Positions 10,023 through 20,288 of a stretch of 64,000 bases of DNA are shown here, piece by piece. Origin of the DNA: a virus (Duplodnaviria; Heunggongvirae; Uroviricota; Caudoviricetes). The notes beneath the pieces were generated by a model. That model worked only from the letters and a program-made list of their open reading frames with translations, did no database searches and had not been told where the DNA came from. The stretch lies in IMG/VR virus record IMGVR_UViG_3300042549_003167. The stretch is one strand, 5' to 3'. Position numbers and translations under genes: made by a program. The stretch's first letter is position 1; every line of letters begins with the position of its first letter.

Positions 10023-13000
10023 TTAAAGACATGGTACTCCAGCACAAGATGTTACTGGTGTTGAAAATAAACCAACTGATCCTTGAATTCTTCTATATCC
10101 ATTAGCTGCACCTCCATAGTAACCAGCAGGAGCAGGTATAGTTAAAAACTGATCTACATACATAACTGACGCATTGTCAAAATATGGAACACCATTATCA
10201 TCTACCCAGAATTGAGTCACTAAGGTATATCCTGATGGTACAGGAACTATTGGAAGTTCTGAAAATATAAATGCACCAAAACTATCTACATATATTAACT
10301 TTTGTATACAACAAATACCAGTGTTAGCAGCATCTGTTTCATTATAACCAATAGCACTTGCATCAATAGCTACATATGTAGGTGCTGGTGGTAATGTAGT
10401 AGTAGTGGTTGTAGTTAATGTTCCACATTCAGCTACACCTGTTATTTCACCATAAAATCCTGTTACTTCATAAGTACATATTCCCAAGCTACATGGTCTA
10501 GCATAGAACCCAGCAGGAGCAGGATTTGCAACACTAGTTGTAGTATATAAATGATCTCCTAATCCAATAGGAACTTCAACTACTAATACATATACAGTTG
10601 TATGCACATTAAGTTCCCAATTATCACAAGCTTGGTTTGGATCAACTGCATTAAAACCATATGTTAGAGTTGTCCATTCATATTGTGTTGTACTAGTACT
10701 TGTAGTAGTTGTTATATCACCACATTGACCAACTTGACTTATAATAGCTAAACTGCCTTCTAAAACATTAGGTGAATAACCATCACATAAACATGCACTT
10801 CCTGATTCACCTTCATTTAATACTGAACTTTGATTATTACCATTACAATCTGTCCACTGTACTATTGCACCTGTTGCACCTGCTGTAAAGTCCCAATTAA
10901 AACAACCAGCCCCTGCACCAATTGATTGACAATAAGTTGTAGTGGTGGTACTAGTGGTACTAGTGGTACTTGTGCTTGTACTTGTAGTTGTACTTGTACT
11001 TGAACTTGTAGTAGTAGTAGTGGTTGGTGGTGGAACATATGTAGCTGTACCATTTAAAGCACACTCTAATGGAACTGGTGTAGTAGTAGTTGTAGTAGTT
11101 GGAGAAGCTATCTCTGTAACAGCTACTGCTGATAATTCACATCCTTCATTTAATCCAGAATAGAAGAAGTTGTTTTCTCCTATGTAGAAATTAGGTATGT
11201 ACGTGTGGAAACTTACCCAAGCTTTAGTGTTTAAGTTAAATGATACAGTCCATGACTTATTACAGAAGTATTCTACATCTGTTAGGTTTACATATCTTTT
11301 AACTGACGTATTACCAGCCACTGGTTGATTTATATAAAACTTCTGTAAAGCTTCATCATAGTATATTTGCTTAGTAGGTTGAGGAATATAATCTAACTTA
11401 GTTATGATTATTCTTTCAAACTTGCTGTCGAATACACCATGTAAACCAAGGCCATTGAAATGATTATCTGTGTTTGCTGTAGGGAAGTATCTTAATATTT
11501 CAAATGCTAAATGGTCTGTAAAGAATCTGTTTAAACCACTACCAAATCCTGAGATGTCTATTGCTTGGGTAGCATTAGCTATCATAAATACTTGACCTCT
11601 CTTAGCATCTATTGTTATTTGTCCATTAGGTATCTTAAGTAAGAACTTGTTTTGAGATCCTACATAACCTAAGTCAGTTTCAGCATAATCAATTGCAGGA
11701 GCTGATGTGAACAATGTAGGGTTACCTAAGAAAGCTGCCTGAGGATTACTTGTGTTCATTGTCAATAAGTTACCATAAAGCAATGACTTGTTTTCAAATC
11801 TAGCTAGGGTAGCTTTATTCTGTATACCATCTAGTGATACTAACTTACCATAGTTCTGAGGGAAGTCAAAGAAACTTATTGGACGATATATCAACCAATT
11901 GTTAATTCTATTATCAGAATAACTTTCTTGTGGATCAGAGTATATAGCTCTGAATGGGAAGTATGTAAAGCAAAGTTGCTTTATCCAGTCTGAAGGTAAA
12001 TGAGAGAAAAAGTTCTCTGTGTTTTGTTTAGAGAAAGTGGTATTGTAATAGTAGGTGTTATCAAGTGCAATAGGAACTCTGCTTTCTTGGAACCAAGTAT
12101 CAGGAATACCTGAGCTCACGTGTGGGTAGAAATCACCCTCTAGGTTATTAAATGCCTGACGTAAGTCTACATTAATAGAACTCTCTACATAGAAATAAGG
12201 AATACCATAAGCAAATAGATACATCTTACCATCATAGATATAGTTTTGTGAACCAGCTAATACAGTACCTGGAGCAGGAGTTGTAGAAGAGGTAGTGGTA
12301 GTTGTACTAATATTATCCACTATATAATCATTAGGACAGTCTAAATAATGAGCTTTGGTAGAAATGATATTCTTCATTAAAGTACCACCTACAAAGTAAT
12401 CAGATAATTCAGATCTAGCAGAATACCAATATTGTGGATAGGCTACATTACCTAACTCATCATAGTAAATGTCACTATCATCAGGAGCTCCCACTCTATT
12501 ATCAATAAAGAAAGGAAGCTTAGTTTTGAATCCAAACTTACCAATATATGTATCACCACCAAATATTACTTCAGTGGCTGGAAGAGAACTAAATATTCTT
12601 TGGAATCCTGTATCAATTGTTTGATAAGAATATATTTGTCCCCATTGATTATTATTAATAGCCTTTATTGAAGCATAATAAGATACAACTTTTATATCTT
12701 CTTGCTGTTCAGGAGCACTACAGTTATTTGCTTGAGAAATAGTAAATCTTGAATCATCAGATATCTGACTTACACCTGCTATGTATAAAGAAGGAGTTTG
12801 ATTAGGGAATGGTAGAGGATTTACAACTACTCCTGATCTAGCTTCAATAGTTTTAGTATATATTGAAGACTCTCTATTAAAGTTATTAAGATCATGATTA
12901 TCACCTACATTCTGTACACCTGGGAATACATATTGACACTTATCAAGTTGTCTTTGTTTAACTCCTTGATCATTTGGAATATCTGCACTATAGTCATAGC

Positions 13001-15668
13001 TAGAGACAGAGTTAAATGATTGTGCAAAGTTCTTTCTACTAATACCATTTAGGTAGATTTGTAAGTAAGTTTGATATGCTGTAAAGAATGCCACAGCACT
13101 AAATCCTCCTAGGTCAGCAATCTTCTTGCTAGAGTTTAAGGCATCTATTTGAGTTTGTCTGGTAAGAAGCTTGTACATAGAATGCTTCTGTACCTCAACA
13201 AAATGAGATCTTCCACCACCAAACAATACACTTTCTAATTTAAGAACATTACCTAATGTAGGTTGTCCAAAAGAAGTTTCTGGTGAATTAAATACTTGTC
13301 TATATTTAGATTCAATACTACTAAATCCATCTAAGTTATTTGGAAAACAATTAATATTTACTTTACTATTTTCCACTATAGTGAAACGATCACATCCTGA
13401 TACAAATGTAGGAGCACCTATTGAATTAACTGTCACTGATGTATTAAATGGTACAGTGATAGTTTGTAAAGCTCCAGTTATAGGATCTAAATAATTAAAT
13501 ACAGGTGCTGAAAAAGTTACACATTTATAAGTTGAAGAGATTATATAAGTGCTAGATGTAATGTTTGTAAATGTAGCTGCTCCTGTATTTACAACAGGAA
13601 GTGTAAGAGAACATATTTCAGTGGTAGCTGTAGTAAAATTTTGACTTGATACAGTGCCTGTATAACAATCTGTATATTGTAATGCACCATCAACTGTAGC
13701 TGTCACTTGGAAAGTATCACATTGAGACATGTAAGAATTACTCTTCTCAAGTAAGAATGGATCTTTAGCAAGGTCATTATATGGATAGTTAGGATAGTAA
13801 AAGTTTGTACCTTCTCTATTGTACTTACCTACATTTCTCAATATACCTTTAGCAATAATAGATTTGTTTGCACTTCTATTTCCTCTCACTATTTTAAATC
13901 CAACAATTGAAGCTTTTTCTTCAGTTGTTAAAGTAGATGTTTGAATTAAGAACGCTACCTGTTGTACATCTATTTTTACACCTATTGGATAGATGGCATT
14001 AGAAGTTTGCATGATTGGTTCTATCTGACCACCTGAATATGTAATAGGAGGAGTCTCAAAGTAAGGAGAAACTAATACATCAGGAAATTTGTGATGTCTA
14101 ATTTTCTGACCAGCAAGTTCTCCCCATACATCTACATTACAAGGATATTCTTCATCTTGAGCTTCCCAATAGGCAAATTCTCCAGATTGATATGGATATG
14201 CTTGTCCTATATTTTCAGTGCTAGAAACAGGATATGTAGTGGATACAGTGGCAGTGTTATATATCTTCCAATAAGGTTGAGGAGCTCCATCTCCTATGTA
14301 ATCTGCATTAGCTGTTGTTACATCTGGCTGAGATAACTCCTGAGCATTTTTAACTCTACCAGGAATATGGAAGCCATCTGTTTGTTTACCATTATCTAAT
14401 AAAAATACTATCTCAAATGCATATATCTCATCTCTTAAATATCCTCTTAGATTAGCTGTATAGAAAGGATCTGCATAGCTATTACCTGCTGGTAACTTAT
14501 AAGTTTCCCATTCTAATGTTATTTTACTAGCAATTGATTGATAGTTAATTCTATCAACAGAAGTAAGATTATCCCAAACGATATAGTCTTGCACACTTGT
14601 AACATCTTGTGCAATATCATAATAAGGGAACTTCTCTAATATGTCACCTAAACTTAAAGGTATTTGTGTTTGGTTTTGACCTGAATAAGTGGCTGTTGTT
14701 ATCTTGTCTTGAATCTTAAAAGTTCCTACAAGTTCTACACTGGTACCATTATTAATAGTCTTAATAACAGCTAAATTAAAATATTGGAAGTATCCTGTAA
14801 TATCTACATTACCAATACTTAATAATATAGACTTTCCTACAGAGTATTGAAAATCAGGAGTAGTTATCTCTGTATTTGCAATAGATGTAGGATTGGTTAC
14901 AGAATAATAGGATGTGTATCCATCTCCTGAAGCATTACAATATTGAACAGCAAACTGATATGTACCTGCTTGTAAATCTCCACCTACAGCTGTTCCAGTA
15001 ATATCTATGCTAGGAATAGAGAAGTTAGGTTGTACTTTTAACTTATTACAGTCAAGTACAGGAGTGACAATTGGATCACAACTTGAAGAACCTACATAAG
15101 TTGAAATATAGGGAACTTGTTCAATGTTTATATATCTTCTTGGATTTAATCCATCAGTCCAATATACCTCAGTGGTACAGTTTGTAATCTTATGTACAGC
15201 CTTATGAATAGGATAGTTTATATCAAAGTTTAAGCATTCAGAGTTAGCACATACAGTGATTTCTAAATCAGGGTATTCTGTACATAGTGTATGATATTCA
15301 CAATCATTGTTATCCATATATCCAATTTCACTTCCTCCTGTTTCAGGATTAGCTAAAAAGAATATGTGTTTGTTTTTCTCTTGAATGAAATGAGTTCCAA
15401 TTAAATGATAGCCTTCAGGAAACTCTAAACAAGCTTCATTACTTGGCTCATTTTGATAACTTACAGAATTAGCATCAAAGTTTTCTAATGCTCCATTTAG
15501 GGCATAAGAAAGTTTACCCTTCTGTATTTGGTTTACAGAAGAATCCATATCTAGTCCAACTCTGCCAAGATTATACTCTTGTCTTATGTTAGATATTCCT
15601 TCTTGGTTATCTGCCATATCTTGAGCTTCTGTTTGGTAATTCATATTGTGCAAAGCGTTGTAAATCAT
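10023..15668 (-). CDS. Giant tail/host-recognition protein (1881 aa) with poly-Thr/Ser linkers and C-terminal Cys-containing small domains
   Basis: Single 5.6-kb ORF. It carries several poly-T/S linkers (TTTTSSTTPAPG; TTTTTTTPVP; PPPTTTTTTSSSTSTTTSTSTSTTSTTSTTTTT; TTTTSTSTT; TLTTTTTTTLPP) separating short Cys-containing modules. No polymerase motifs. The true start may be an internal Met (e.g. MADNQEG at ~15614), which would remove the 62-nt overlap with the upstream gene. Confidence 0.6.
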   Translation of the reverse strand: MIYNALHNMNYQTEAQDMADNQEGISNIRQEYNLGRVGLDMDSSVNQIQKGKLSYALNGALENFDANSVSYQNEPSNEACLEFPEGYHLIGTHFIQEKNKHIFFLANPETGGSEIGYMDNNDCEYHTLCTEYPDLEITVCANSECLNFDINYPIHKAVHKITNCTTEVYWTDGLNPRRYINIEQVPYISTYVGSSSCDPIVTPVLDCNKLKVQPNFSIPSIDITGTAVGGDLQAGTYQFAVQYCNASGDGYTSYYSVTNPTSIANTEITTPDFQYSVGKSILLSIGNVDITGYFQYFNLAVIKTINNGTSVELVGTFKIQDKITTATYSGQNQTQIPLSLGDILEKFPYYDIAQDVTSVQDYIVWDNLTSVDRINYQSIASKITLEWETYKLPAGNSYADPFYTANLRGYLRDEIYAFEIVFLLDNGKQTDGFHIPGRVKNAQELSQPDVTTANADYIGDGAPQPYWKIYNTATVSTTYPVSSTENIGQAYPYQSGEFAYWEAQDEEYPCNVDVWGELAGQKIRHHKFPDVLVSPYFETPPITYSGGQIEPIMQTSNAIYPIGVKIDVQQVAFLIQTSTLTTEEKASIVGFKIVRGNRSANKSIIAKGILRNVGKYNREGTNFYYPNYPYNDLAKDPFLLEKSNSYMSQCDTFQVTATVDGALQYTDCYTGTVSSQNFTTATTEICSLTLPVVNTGAATFTNITSSTYIISSTYKCVTFSAPVFNYLDPITGALQTITVPFNTSVTVNSIGAPTFVSGCDRFTIVENSKVNINCFPNNLDGFSSIESKYRQVFNSPETSFGQPTLGNVLKLESVLFGGGRSHFVEVQKHSMYKLLTRQTQIDALNSSKKIADLGGFSAVAFFTAYQTYLQIYLNGISRKNFAQSFNSVSSYDYSADIPNDQGVKQRQLDKCQYVFPGVQNVGDNHDLNNFNRESSIYTKTIEARSGVVVNPLPFPNQTPSLYIAGVSQISDDSRFTISQANNCSAPEQQEDIKVVSYYASIKAINNNQWGQIYSYQTIDTGFQRIFSSLPATEVIFGGDTYIGKFGFKTKLPFFIDNRVGAPDDSDIYYDELGNVAYPQYWYSARSELSDYFVGGTLMKNIISTKAHYLDCPNDYIVDNISTTTTTSSTTPAPGTVLAGSQNYIYDGKMYLFAYGIPYFYVESSINVDLRQAFNNLEGDFYPHVSSGIPDTWFQESRVPIALDNTYYYNTTFSKQNTENFFSHLPSDWIKQLCFTYFPFRAIYSDPQESYSDNRINNWLIYRPISFFDFPQNYGKLVSLDGIQNKATLARFENKSLLYGNLLTMNTSNPQAAFLGNPTLFTSAPAIDYAETDLGYVGSQNKFLLKIPNGQITIDAKRGQVFMIANATQAIDISGFGSGLNRFFTDHLAFEILRYFPTANTDNHFNGLGLHGVFDSKFERIIITKLDYIPQPTKQIYYDEALQKFYINQPVAGNTSVKRYVNLTDVEYFCNKSWTVSFNLNTKAWVSFHTYIPNFYIGENNFFYSGLNEGCELSAVAVTEIASPTTTTTTTPVPLECALNGTATYVPPPTTTTTTSSSTSTTTSTSTSTTSTTSTTTTTYCQSIGAGAGCFNWDFTAGATGAIVQWTDCNGNNQSSVLNEGESGSACLCDGYSPNVLEGSLAIISQVGQCGDITTTTSTSTTQYEWTTLTYGFNAVDPNQACDNWELNVHTTVYVLVVEVPIGLGDHLYTTTSVANPAPAGFYARPCSLGICTYEVTGFYGEITGVAECGTLTTTTTTTLPPAPTYVAIDASAIGYNETDAANTGICCIQKLIYVDSFGAFIFSELPIVPVPSGYTLVTQFWVDDNGVPYFDNASVMYVDQFLTIPAPAGYYGGAANGYRRIQGSVGLFSTPVTSCAGVPCL

Positions 15669-16563
15669 TTCTTACTCTTCTTTGCTTAGTCCATACATCT
15701 TGTTTCTTAATCTCAGTGTAAGCCATAATAAAGGCTTCTTCTGAAAGTTGCTTATAGTAAACTAACTTAGCTTGTATTTGGTTGAATGTCTCATCATTGA
15801 TTTGGTTAGATAAGGTTTCAAAAACTTTATATTTAATAAAGGCTTCTACGTATTCTCTTATACGATAGTTATCAGGAATCAATTGATTACCTGTAGCATC
15901 ATAGTCTGTAGCATAGAAAATCATATGAACAACACCACAGCTGAAGTTGGTAACAAATTTGTTATCTCTAATATCAAAGCTATCATAACCAGCACTTCCT
16001 GGAGTGAACTCGTGCACAGGGGGTGCATTTGTATAAAACTGCCAAGCATCTGTATAGCTTACATCACATTTACCTTGGCAAGATATATTGCCTGGTTTTA
16101 ATAAATACTCTTTTCTTATACCTCTAGCTATCTGTTGATTGGTTTTATATACAGCTTGGATGATATCAGGCATACACGTAGGACATCCTGTTGTACATTG
16201 TGGATTAGTACATGGTACTCCACCACTAATAACAGGAGAGACTTGTATAGTTGTTTGGCTAGCTGCCTGAGAATAGAATGAGTTAGCTGTTTGATATGGA
16301 AGCTGAGGAATCTCTGTACACATCCAAGCTTCTCTAACAGCAAAGAAGTTGTCAGGAAGTCTAGCCTCATATCCAGAAATATCTAATGTCTGTTCAGCAA
16401 TGACATAACTTGATCTACCCATCTTTTGTAGACACTTGTCTAAATAGGTGGGGAACATTAAATCATCAACTGCTCCTGTGTCAAAGTAAGATTTTAACTC
16501 TTCTTTAACAATTGAATAGATTGGCTCAGGAGAGACAAAGTTGTATCTGTAATAGTATGCCAT
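15607..16563 (-). CDS. Structural protein (318 aa), Cys-rich
   Basis: ORF in the structural operon with a Cys cluster (CTNPQCTTGCPTCMPD). Function unknown. Confidence 0.4.
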   Translation of the reverse strand: MAYYYRYNFVSPEPIYSIVKEELKSYFDTGAVDDLMFPTYLDKCLQKMGRSSYVIAEQTLDISGYEARLPDNFFAVREAWMCTEIPQLPYQTANSFYSQAASQTTIQVSPVISGGVPCTNPQCTTGCPTCMPDIIQAVYKTNQQIARGIRKEYLLKPGNISCQGKCDVSYTDAWQFYTNAPPVHEFTPGSAGYDSFDIRDNKFVTNFSCGVVHMIFYATDYDATGNQLIPDNYRIREYVEAFIKYKVFETLSNQINDETFNQIQAKLVYYKQLSEEAFIMAYTEIKKQDVWTKQRRVRNDLQRFAQYELPNRSSRYGR

Positions 16564-16574
16564 GTTATGTTATT

Positions 16575-17051
16575 TTATTTTTTCCATTCTCTATACAAAT
16601 GCTGGTATTTGTCATCTGTTTTTATGTAATGTGACAGCAATCTAGAAGTAGAACGAGAAGGTTTGAAGTACCATAAGTTGATGTTACGAATTCTTGTAGA
16701 CTCTTTAAACCACATCCAACCAAAGAAGAATCCTTCTGTATGGAAGTTAAAGTTATAAATGATCTTACCCTTTTGTTTTGTCTTTTGCCAATCAACTGGT
16801 AGGTTAACCATCTCCTTACCATCAACTGTTTTCATCTTCTTTCTCTTCTTTTTATTGATAGAGAATTCACCAAAGCCAAAAGGAAGTCTTGCTTTCTCTC
16901 CTGTTTCTAGAATGTAGTTTTTGAAATGTTCATTATATTGATATATAATGTTTCTCCACTCATCAAATGTAACTTTTATGGTGGGATTTTTTCTGCAGAA
17001 ATTGTTGTAGTTTTCTTTACTGGAGCTTCTCCAGTCAATCTTGGTTCGCAT
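16575..17051 (-). CDS. Hypothetical basic protein (158 aa)
   Basis: ORF with a compact operon junction: its start overlaps the upstream stop. Confidence 0.35.
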   Translation of the reverse strand: MRTKIDWRSSSKENYNNFCRKNPTIKVTFDEWRNIIYQYNEHFKNYILETGEKARLPFGFGEFSINKKKRKKMKTVDGKEMVNLPVDWQKTKQKGKIIYNFNFHTEGFFFGWMWFKESTRIRNINLWYFKPSRSTSRLLSHYIKTDDKYQHLYREWKK

Positions 17052-17788
17052 TAACTAGTTGGTTTAGCATTAGGAGCCTGACCATCTATACCATCAAATG
17101 TCATGTCAGTCTTAATGCTAAAGTAAGTAGATAATAGTTTTTGAGAAGTTAACTCTAATACTTGCTTTTCTAAATAACCAGGACATCCAAACTCCTTATC
17201 CAATGGATTCATACAGTATTCTTCATCGCTCACTGTAGGAGTTGGGCCACATGCACAGTCTGATGGGTATAGTATCTCATTAGGAACATCTTCTTCAAAG
17301 AATGCAGAAATTCTCACTGAGTGCAAATTAGGATTATTAATGTATAAATATCCTCCATTTGCTATCCAGTAATATTGTTCAGCTCTAATGATAGGTAGCT
17401 TTAATAAATTTAAGTATCTGTTAATTGTAATCTCTTTAAATCTTTTTCCTTTACCACCCATAGCGTTGATAGAATAAACACCTTGTATTAGATATTGATA
17501 GTTTCCTTCACTGATGCGAGGAAGTTTGAATCTGCTTCTTGCCACTTGACAAGGATCAACATACTCACAGCAATCAGAAATAGGAACCTCTATCATCTCT
17601 AAACAAGGAAGCGTTTGGAATACAGTGTCTGTAGCCCAAAGCTTTCTGAGATTTGTTTCTCTCTTTACTAGTAAAAATGTATTGTTTCTAACCTCAGACG
17701 CAACAACCCTATCAGTGATAAGGTTATCTGTTGTTAATAGTTTGTGCATTGCACGAACATCTGAGACCATTTTTCTTAATGTAGCCAT
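17051..17788 (-). CDS. Hypothetical structural protein (245 aa)
   Basis: ORF whose start overlaps the stop of the phosphoesterase gene at 17788. Confidence 0.35.
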   Translation of the reverse strand: MATLRKMVSDVRAMHKLLTTDNLITDRVVASEVRNNTFLLVKRETNLRKLWATDTVFQTLPCLEMIEVPISDCCEYVDPCQVARSRFKLPRISEGNYQYLIQGVYSINAMGGKGKRFKEITINRYLNLLKLPIIRAEQYYWIANGGYLYINNPNLHSVRISAFFEEDVPNEILYPSDCACGPTPTVSDEEYCMNPLDKEFGCPGYLEKQVLELTSQKLLSTYFSIKTDMTFDGIDGQAPNAKPTS

Positions 17789-19038
17789 TATAAATACTGT
17801 TTGAATATATTTGTTATTCCTTCATCATAATCAATTAGGAATCCTGTAACTTCTGCTTTAGACATTGTGTGACCATTCTTATCATCCCATAGACTCTTAG
17901 CATTTGAGAATGCTGGGATCTGGTAAAATTTAATACCATTGAAATCATGACTCACTTCATGGTGTTTGTCTCCTGTAAATATATAGAACTTATCATGGTA
18001 AGACCACCCTGCTCTATATTCTATTGGAAACAATGCAGCAAGCTTTGCAGGTTTAATAGCATCTCCATGATTAAACATCAATGCTGATTGACCATAGCTT
18101 ACATACTTTCTATACTTAGGAGAACAATCAAATGTTACTCTCTCTGTATTTCTAAAGTAAGTTTGTAACCAATTAACCATATGCCATCCTACAAACTCAT
18201 CATGATTACCTGCTACATATACTACCTTCACTTCATGACCATACTGTAATAACATTGTAATCATTAAGATCTCATGTCCACAGATATACTCAAAAGAAGT
18301 ATGATATGTGTGAGTGTTTGTTTGAGGAGTTCCTTTTGTAGTCATACCAGTGTATTCACTATTGAACTCATCAGACCCAATGATATATGTAATTTGTTCT
18401 AAGTTGTTTGAAAGCTGAGCTTGGTTAGCTATCAACTCCACCTTGTACATGATATGAGCTAGTCTATTAGTAACATCATTGTTACCATCTATGTCATATT
18501 TGTTCAAGTGAGAGTCTTGTTTGTTGATGACTAACATACCTTTTGGTTTGTCAAAGTCAACTTTAGGACTCATAACCTCTTGACTTACAGGCTTATATGA
18601 AGCTAAAAAGTCTACAAACGCATCTTGAAAAACTTGTTCTGTAGACTTCTTCCCTAACCAGGCTTTGACTTGCCAATGTGGATTCCCACCATTTCCCCAG
18701 TAGTTCTGTACGTACTTGGTGATTTCCCATTTGTCTGTGTCAATCTTACACTTTACTATGAGCTCATCTAAGCTCTTAATTTCATCTTTTGTATTGAAGA
18801 CAATCTCTCCTGTTCCTTTAGCAATATCCTCTTCAAATCTTACTATTGTTTCCTCTAGCTCAGAAACATAGTTACCTACCTCTGCCACTTCTTCAACAAG
18901 TTCTCTATTTCTTAACTCTATTAACAACTCATCAACCTCTGATTCTGTAATTCCAAGCTTGTCAGCGTAGAACTTTTTACTCTTTTTCCAATGTAGGATT
19001 TCTTCTAGCTGGTTTAGTAATGCTTGATTCTCAGGCAT
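17788..19038 (-). CDS. Calcineurin-like metallophosphoesterase (416 aa) with an N-terminal coiled-coil extension
   Basis: MPP signature motifs are present: VYVAGNHDEF (GNHD/E), FNHGD and FTGDKHHEVSHD (GDxHH). The N-terminal ~140 aa are helical/charged. The gene sits inside the tail gene cluster. Confidence 0.6.
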   Translation of the reverse strand: MPENQALLNQLEEILHWKKSKKFYADKLGITESEVDELLIELRNRELVEEVAEVGNYVSELEETIVRFEEDIAKGTGEIVFNTKDEIKSLDELIVKCKIDTDKWEITKYVQNYWGNGGNPHWQVKAWLGKKSTEQVFQDAFVDFLASYKPVSQEVMSPKVDFDKPKGMLVINKQDSHLNKYDIDGNNDVTNRLAHIMYKVELIANQAQLSNNLEQITYIIGSDEFNSEYTGMTTKGTPQTNTHTYHTSFEYICGHEILMITMLLQYGHEVKVVYVAGNHDEFVGWHMVNWLQTYFRNTERVTFDCSPKYRKYVSYGQSALMFNHGDAIKPAKLAALFPIEYRAGWSYHDKFYIFTGDKHHEVSHDFNGIKFYQIPAFSNAKSLWDDKNGHTMSKAEVTGFLIDYDEGITNIFKQYL

Positions 19039-19156
19039 ATGTAGTTTATTTTGGTTAAAATTATTGTAAAGATAGGAACTATTTCTGAATTTCCCAAAAA
19101 TAAACTAACTATTTTGGTTATATGGAATAACTTTTTTAGTTATAGTTAAAACAAAA

Positions 19157-19180
19157 ACTCCCAGGGTAGAAACCCCAGGA
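19157..19180 (-). terminator. Rho-independent-terminator-like hairpin downstream of the 187-aa gene (minus strand), followed by a U-run
   Basis: The minus-strand RNA CUCCUGGGGUUUCUACCCUGGGAG forms a 9-bp stem (including 2 G.U pairs) and is followed by UUUUUGUUUU. The sequence is related to the hairpin at 59209..59230. Confidence 0.4.
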
Positions 19181-19221
19181 GAACTTCCTGTAAACCAACA
19201 AACAGGATTTTTAAAATTGTA

Positions 19222-19785
19222 TTAGCATTGGAACTCATAATATTCAAAGGTGCCACTTATAAGCTTCCAAGATATATTCTCTGAATCATAGAATAAAGCA
19301 GTGATAGGAGCACCTACAGCGTTTCTAGCAATTGCTGTACATGTTATAGAACTGCCTCCTCCTAGGCCTGCAAATGAATCACCATTGGCTACAAATAAGG
19401 CATAGTCAGAAGCATCTAAGAATATTCTTAAAATTGAACCTGTAGGACATCCATCATATCCAGCATAACGTCCTATATCAGCTAAATATAATTCATTTGG
19501 ATTAGGGGTTGTAGATGTAGAGGTTGTGCTTGTGCTACTTGTAGAAGTGGTGGTAGTTGTTGGAGCTCCAGATACAATTAAGTAAAGGTCTCTTTGACAA
19601 ACTCCTGTAGATCTTACAAGAACTTCTGTAGTTCCATCTGGAGCTAGGCTTGAAGTATATCCAGCAATAAGAGCTGCTCTAGAAATACCAGTTTCAAATG
19701 CTGTTGTGTAACCATCTGCATTTGAGTATAAGTTGAATGGACCTGTATCAGATCCTGCTAGGGTAAGTGTTATTAATACTGTCAT
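19222..19785 (-). CDS. Tail fibre/appendage protein (187 aa) with a poly-Thr/Ser linker; N-terminal domain paralogous to ORF 9146..10012
   Basis: Shared N-terminal module (see 9146..10012) plus linker TTTTTSTSSTSTTSTSTTPNP. Confidence 0.45.
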   Translation of the reverse strand: MTVLITLTLAGSDTGPFNLYSNADGYTTAFETGISRAALIAGYTSSLAPDGTTEVLVRSTGVCQRDLYLIVSGAPTTTTTSTSSTSTTSTSTTPNPNELYLADIGRYAGYDGCPTGSILRIFLDASDYALFVANGDSFAGLGGGSSITCTAIARNAVGAPITALFYDSENISWKLISGTFEYYEFQC

Positions 19786-19799
19786 ATTGGTTTATTTTA

Positions 19800-20273
19800 T
19801 TAAGTAGGGACAACTGTCACTGAAGTTATTGTTAAACATGGATTTATACATCCACAGTTACTAAACCAGCTAACAACAGTATCTCCTATATAGAAGTTAT
19901 AGTTTCCACCACTAGCATCATCATATACAACAGCTAGATAACCTGCTGATGTTGCAGCTGTATTAAATACCACTGTGTAGTTTCTTTGAGTTTCATATTC
20001 TCCAGGACAACAAAAACATTCTCCTGCAAAAGTGTCACTGTATCCATAAGACTGAATTGTAGTTGGTACACCAGCTGAAACAATATCTTGATATCTAGGA
20101 CATCTATTACTAGGATAGTTTATATAAGGAACACTAGTTGTACTTGTGTAATAGTAAGTATTTATATCTCCTTTAGTAACTATTTTGTTACCTGTAGGAG
20201 CACTTCCTCCAATAAGAGTAAGTCCCATAGTGTTTAACTCATTCCAAGTAACTAAAGCGTTGTTTGTTAGCAT
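19800..20273 (-). CDS. Small Cys-containing tail-associated protein (157 aa)
   Basis: ORF between the fibre genes. Function unknown. Confidence 0.35.
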   Translation of the reverse strand: MLTNNALVTWNELNTMGLTLIGGSAPTGNKIVTKGDINTYYYTSTTSVPYINYPSNRCPRYQDIVSAGVPTTIQSYGYSDTFAGECFCCPGEYETQRNYTVVFNTAATSAGYLAVVYDDASGGNYNFYIGDTVVSWFSNCGCINPCLTITSVTVVPT

Positions 20274-20288
20274 TTAACTATAATTGAT

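Noticed and set aside
10862-11163. ORFs 10862..11053(-) and 10942..11163(+) inside the 1881-aa gene
   Set aside because: These are low-complexity frames caused by the poly-Thr/Ser (ACN-repeat) linker DNA, nested in a much longer coherent ORF.
10023-15668. Possibility that the 1881-aa protein is a crAss/N4-like virion RNA polymerase
   Set aside because: No DxDGD-type or other polymerase catalytic motifs were seen. The architecture is poly-Thr linkers plus small Cys modules, typical of adhesins and fibres. It is therefore called a host-recognition protein, though a profile search should confirm.
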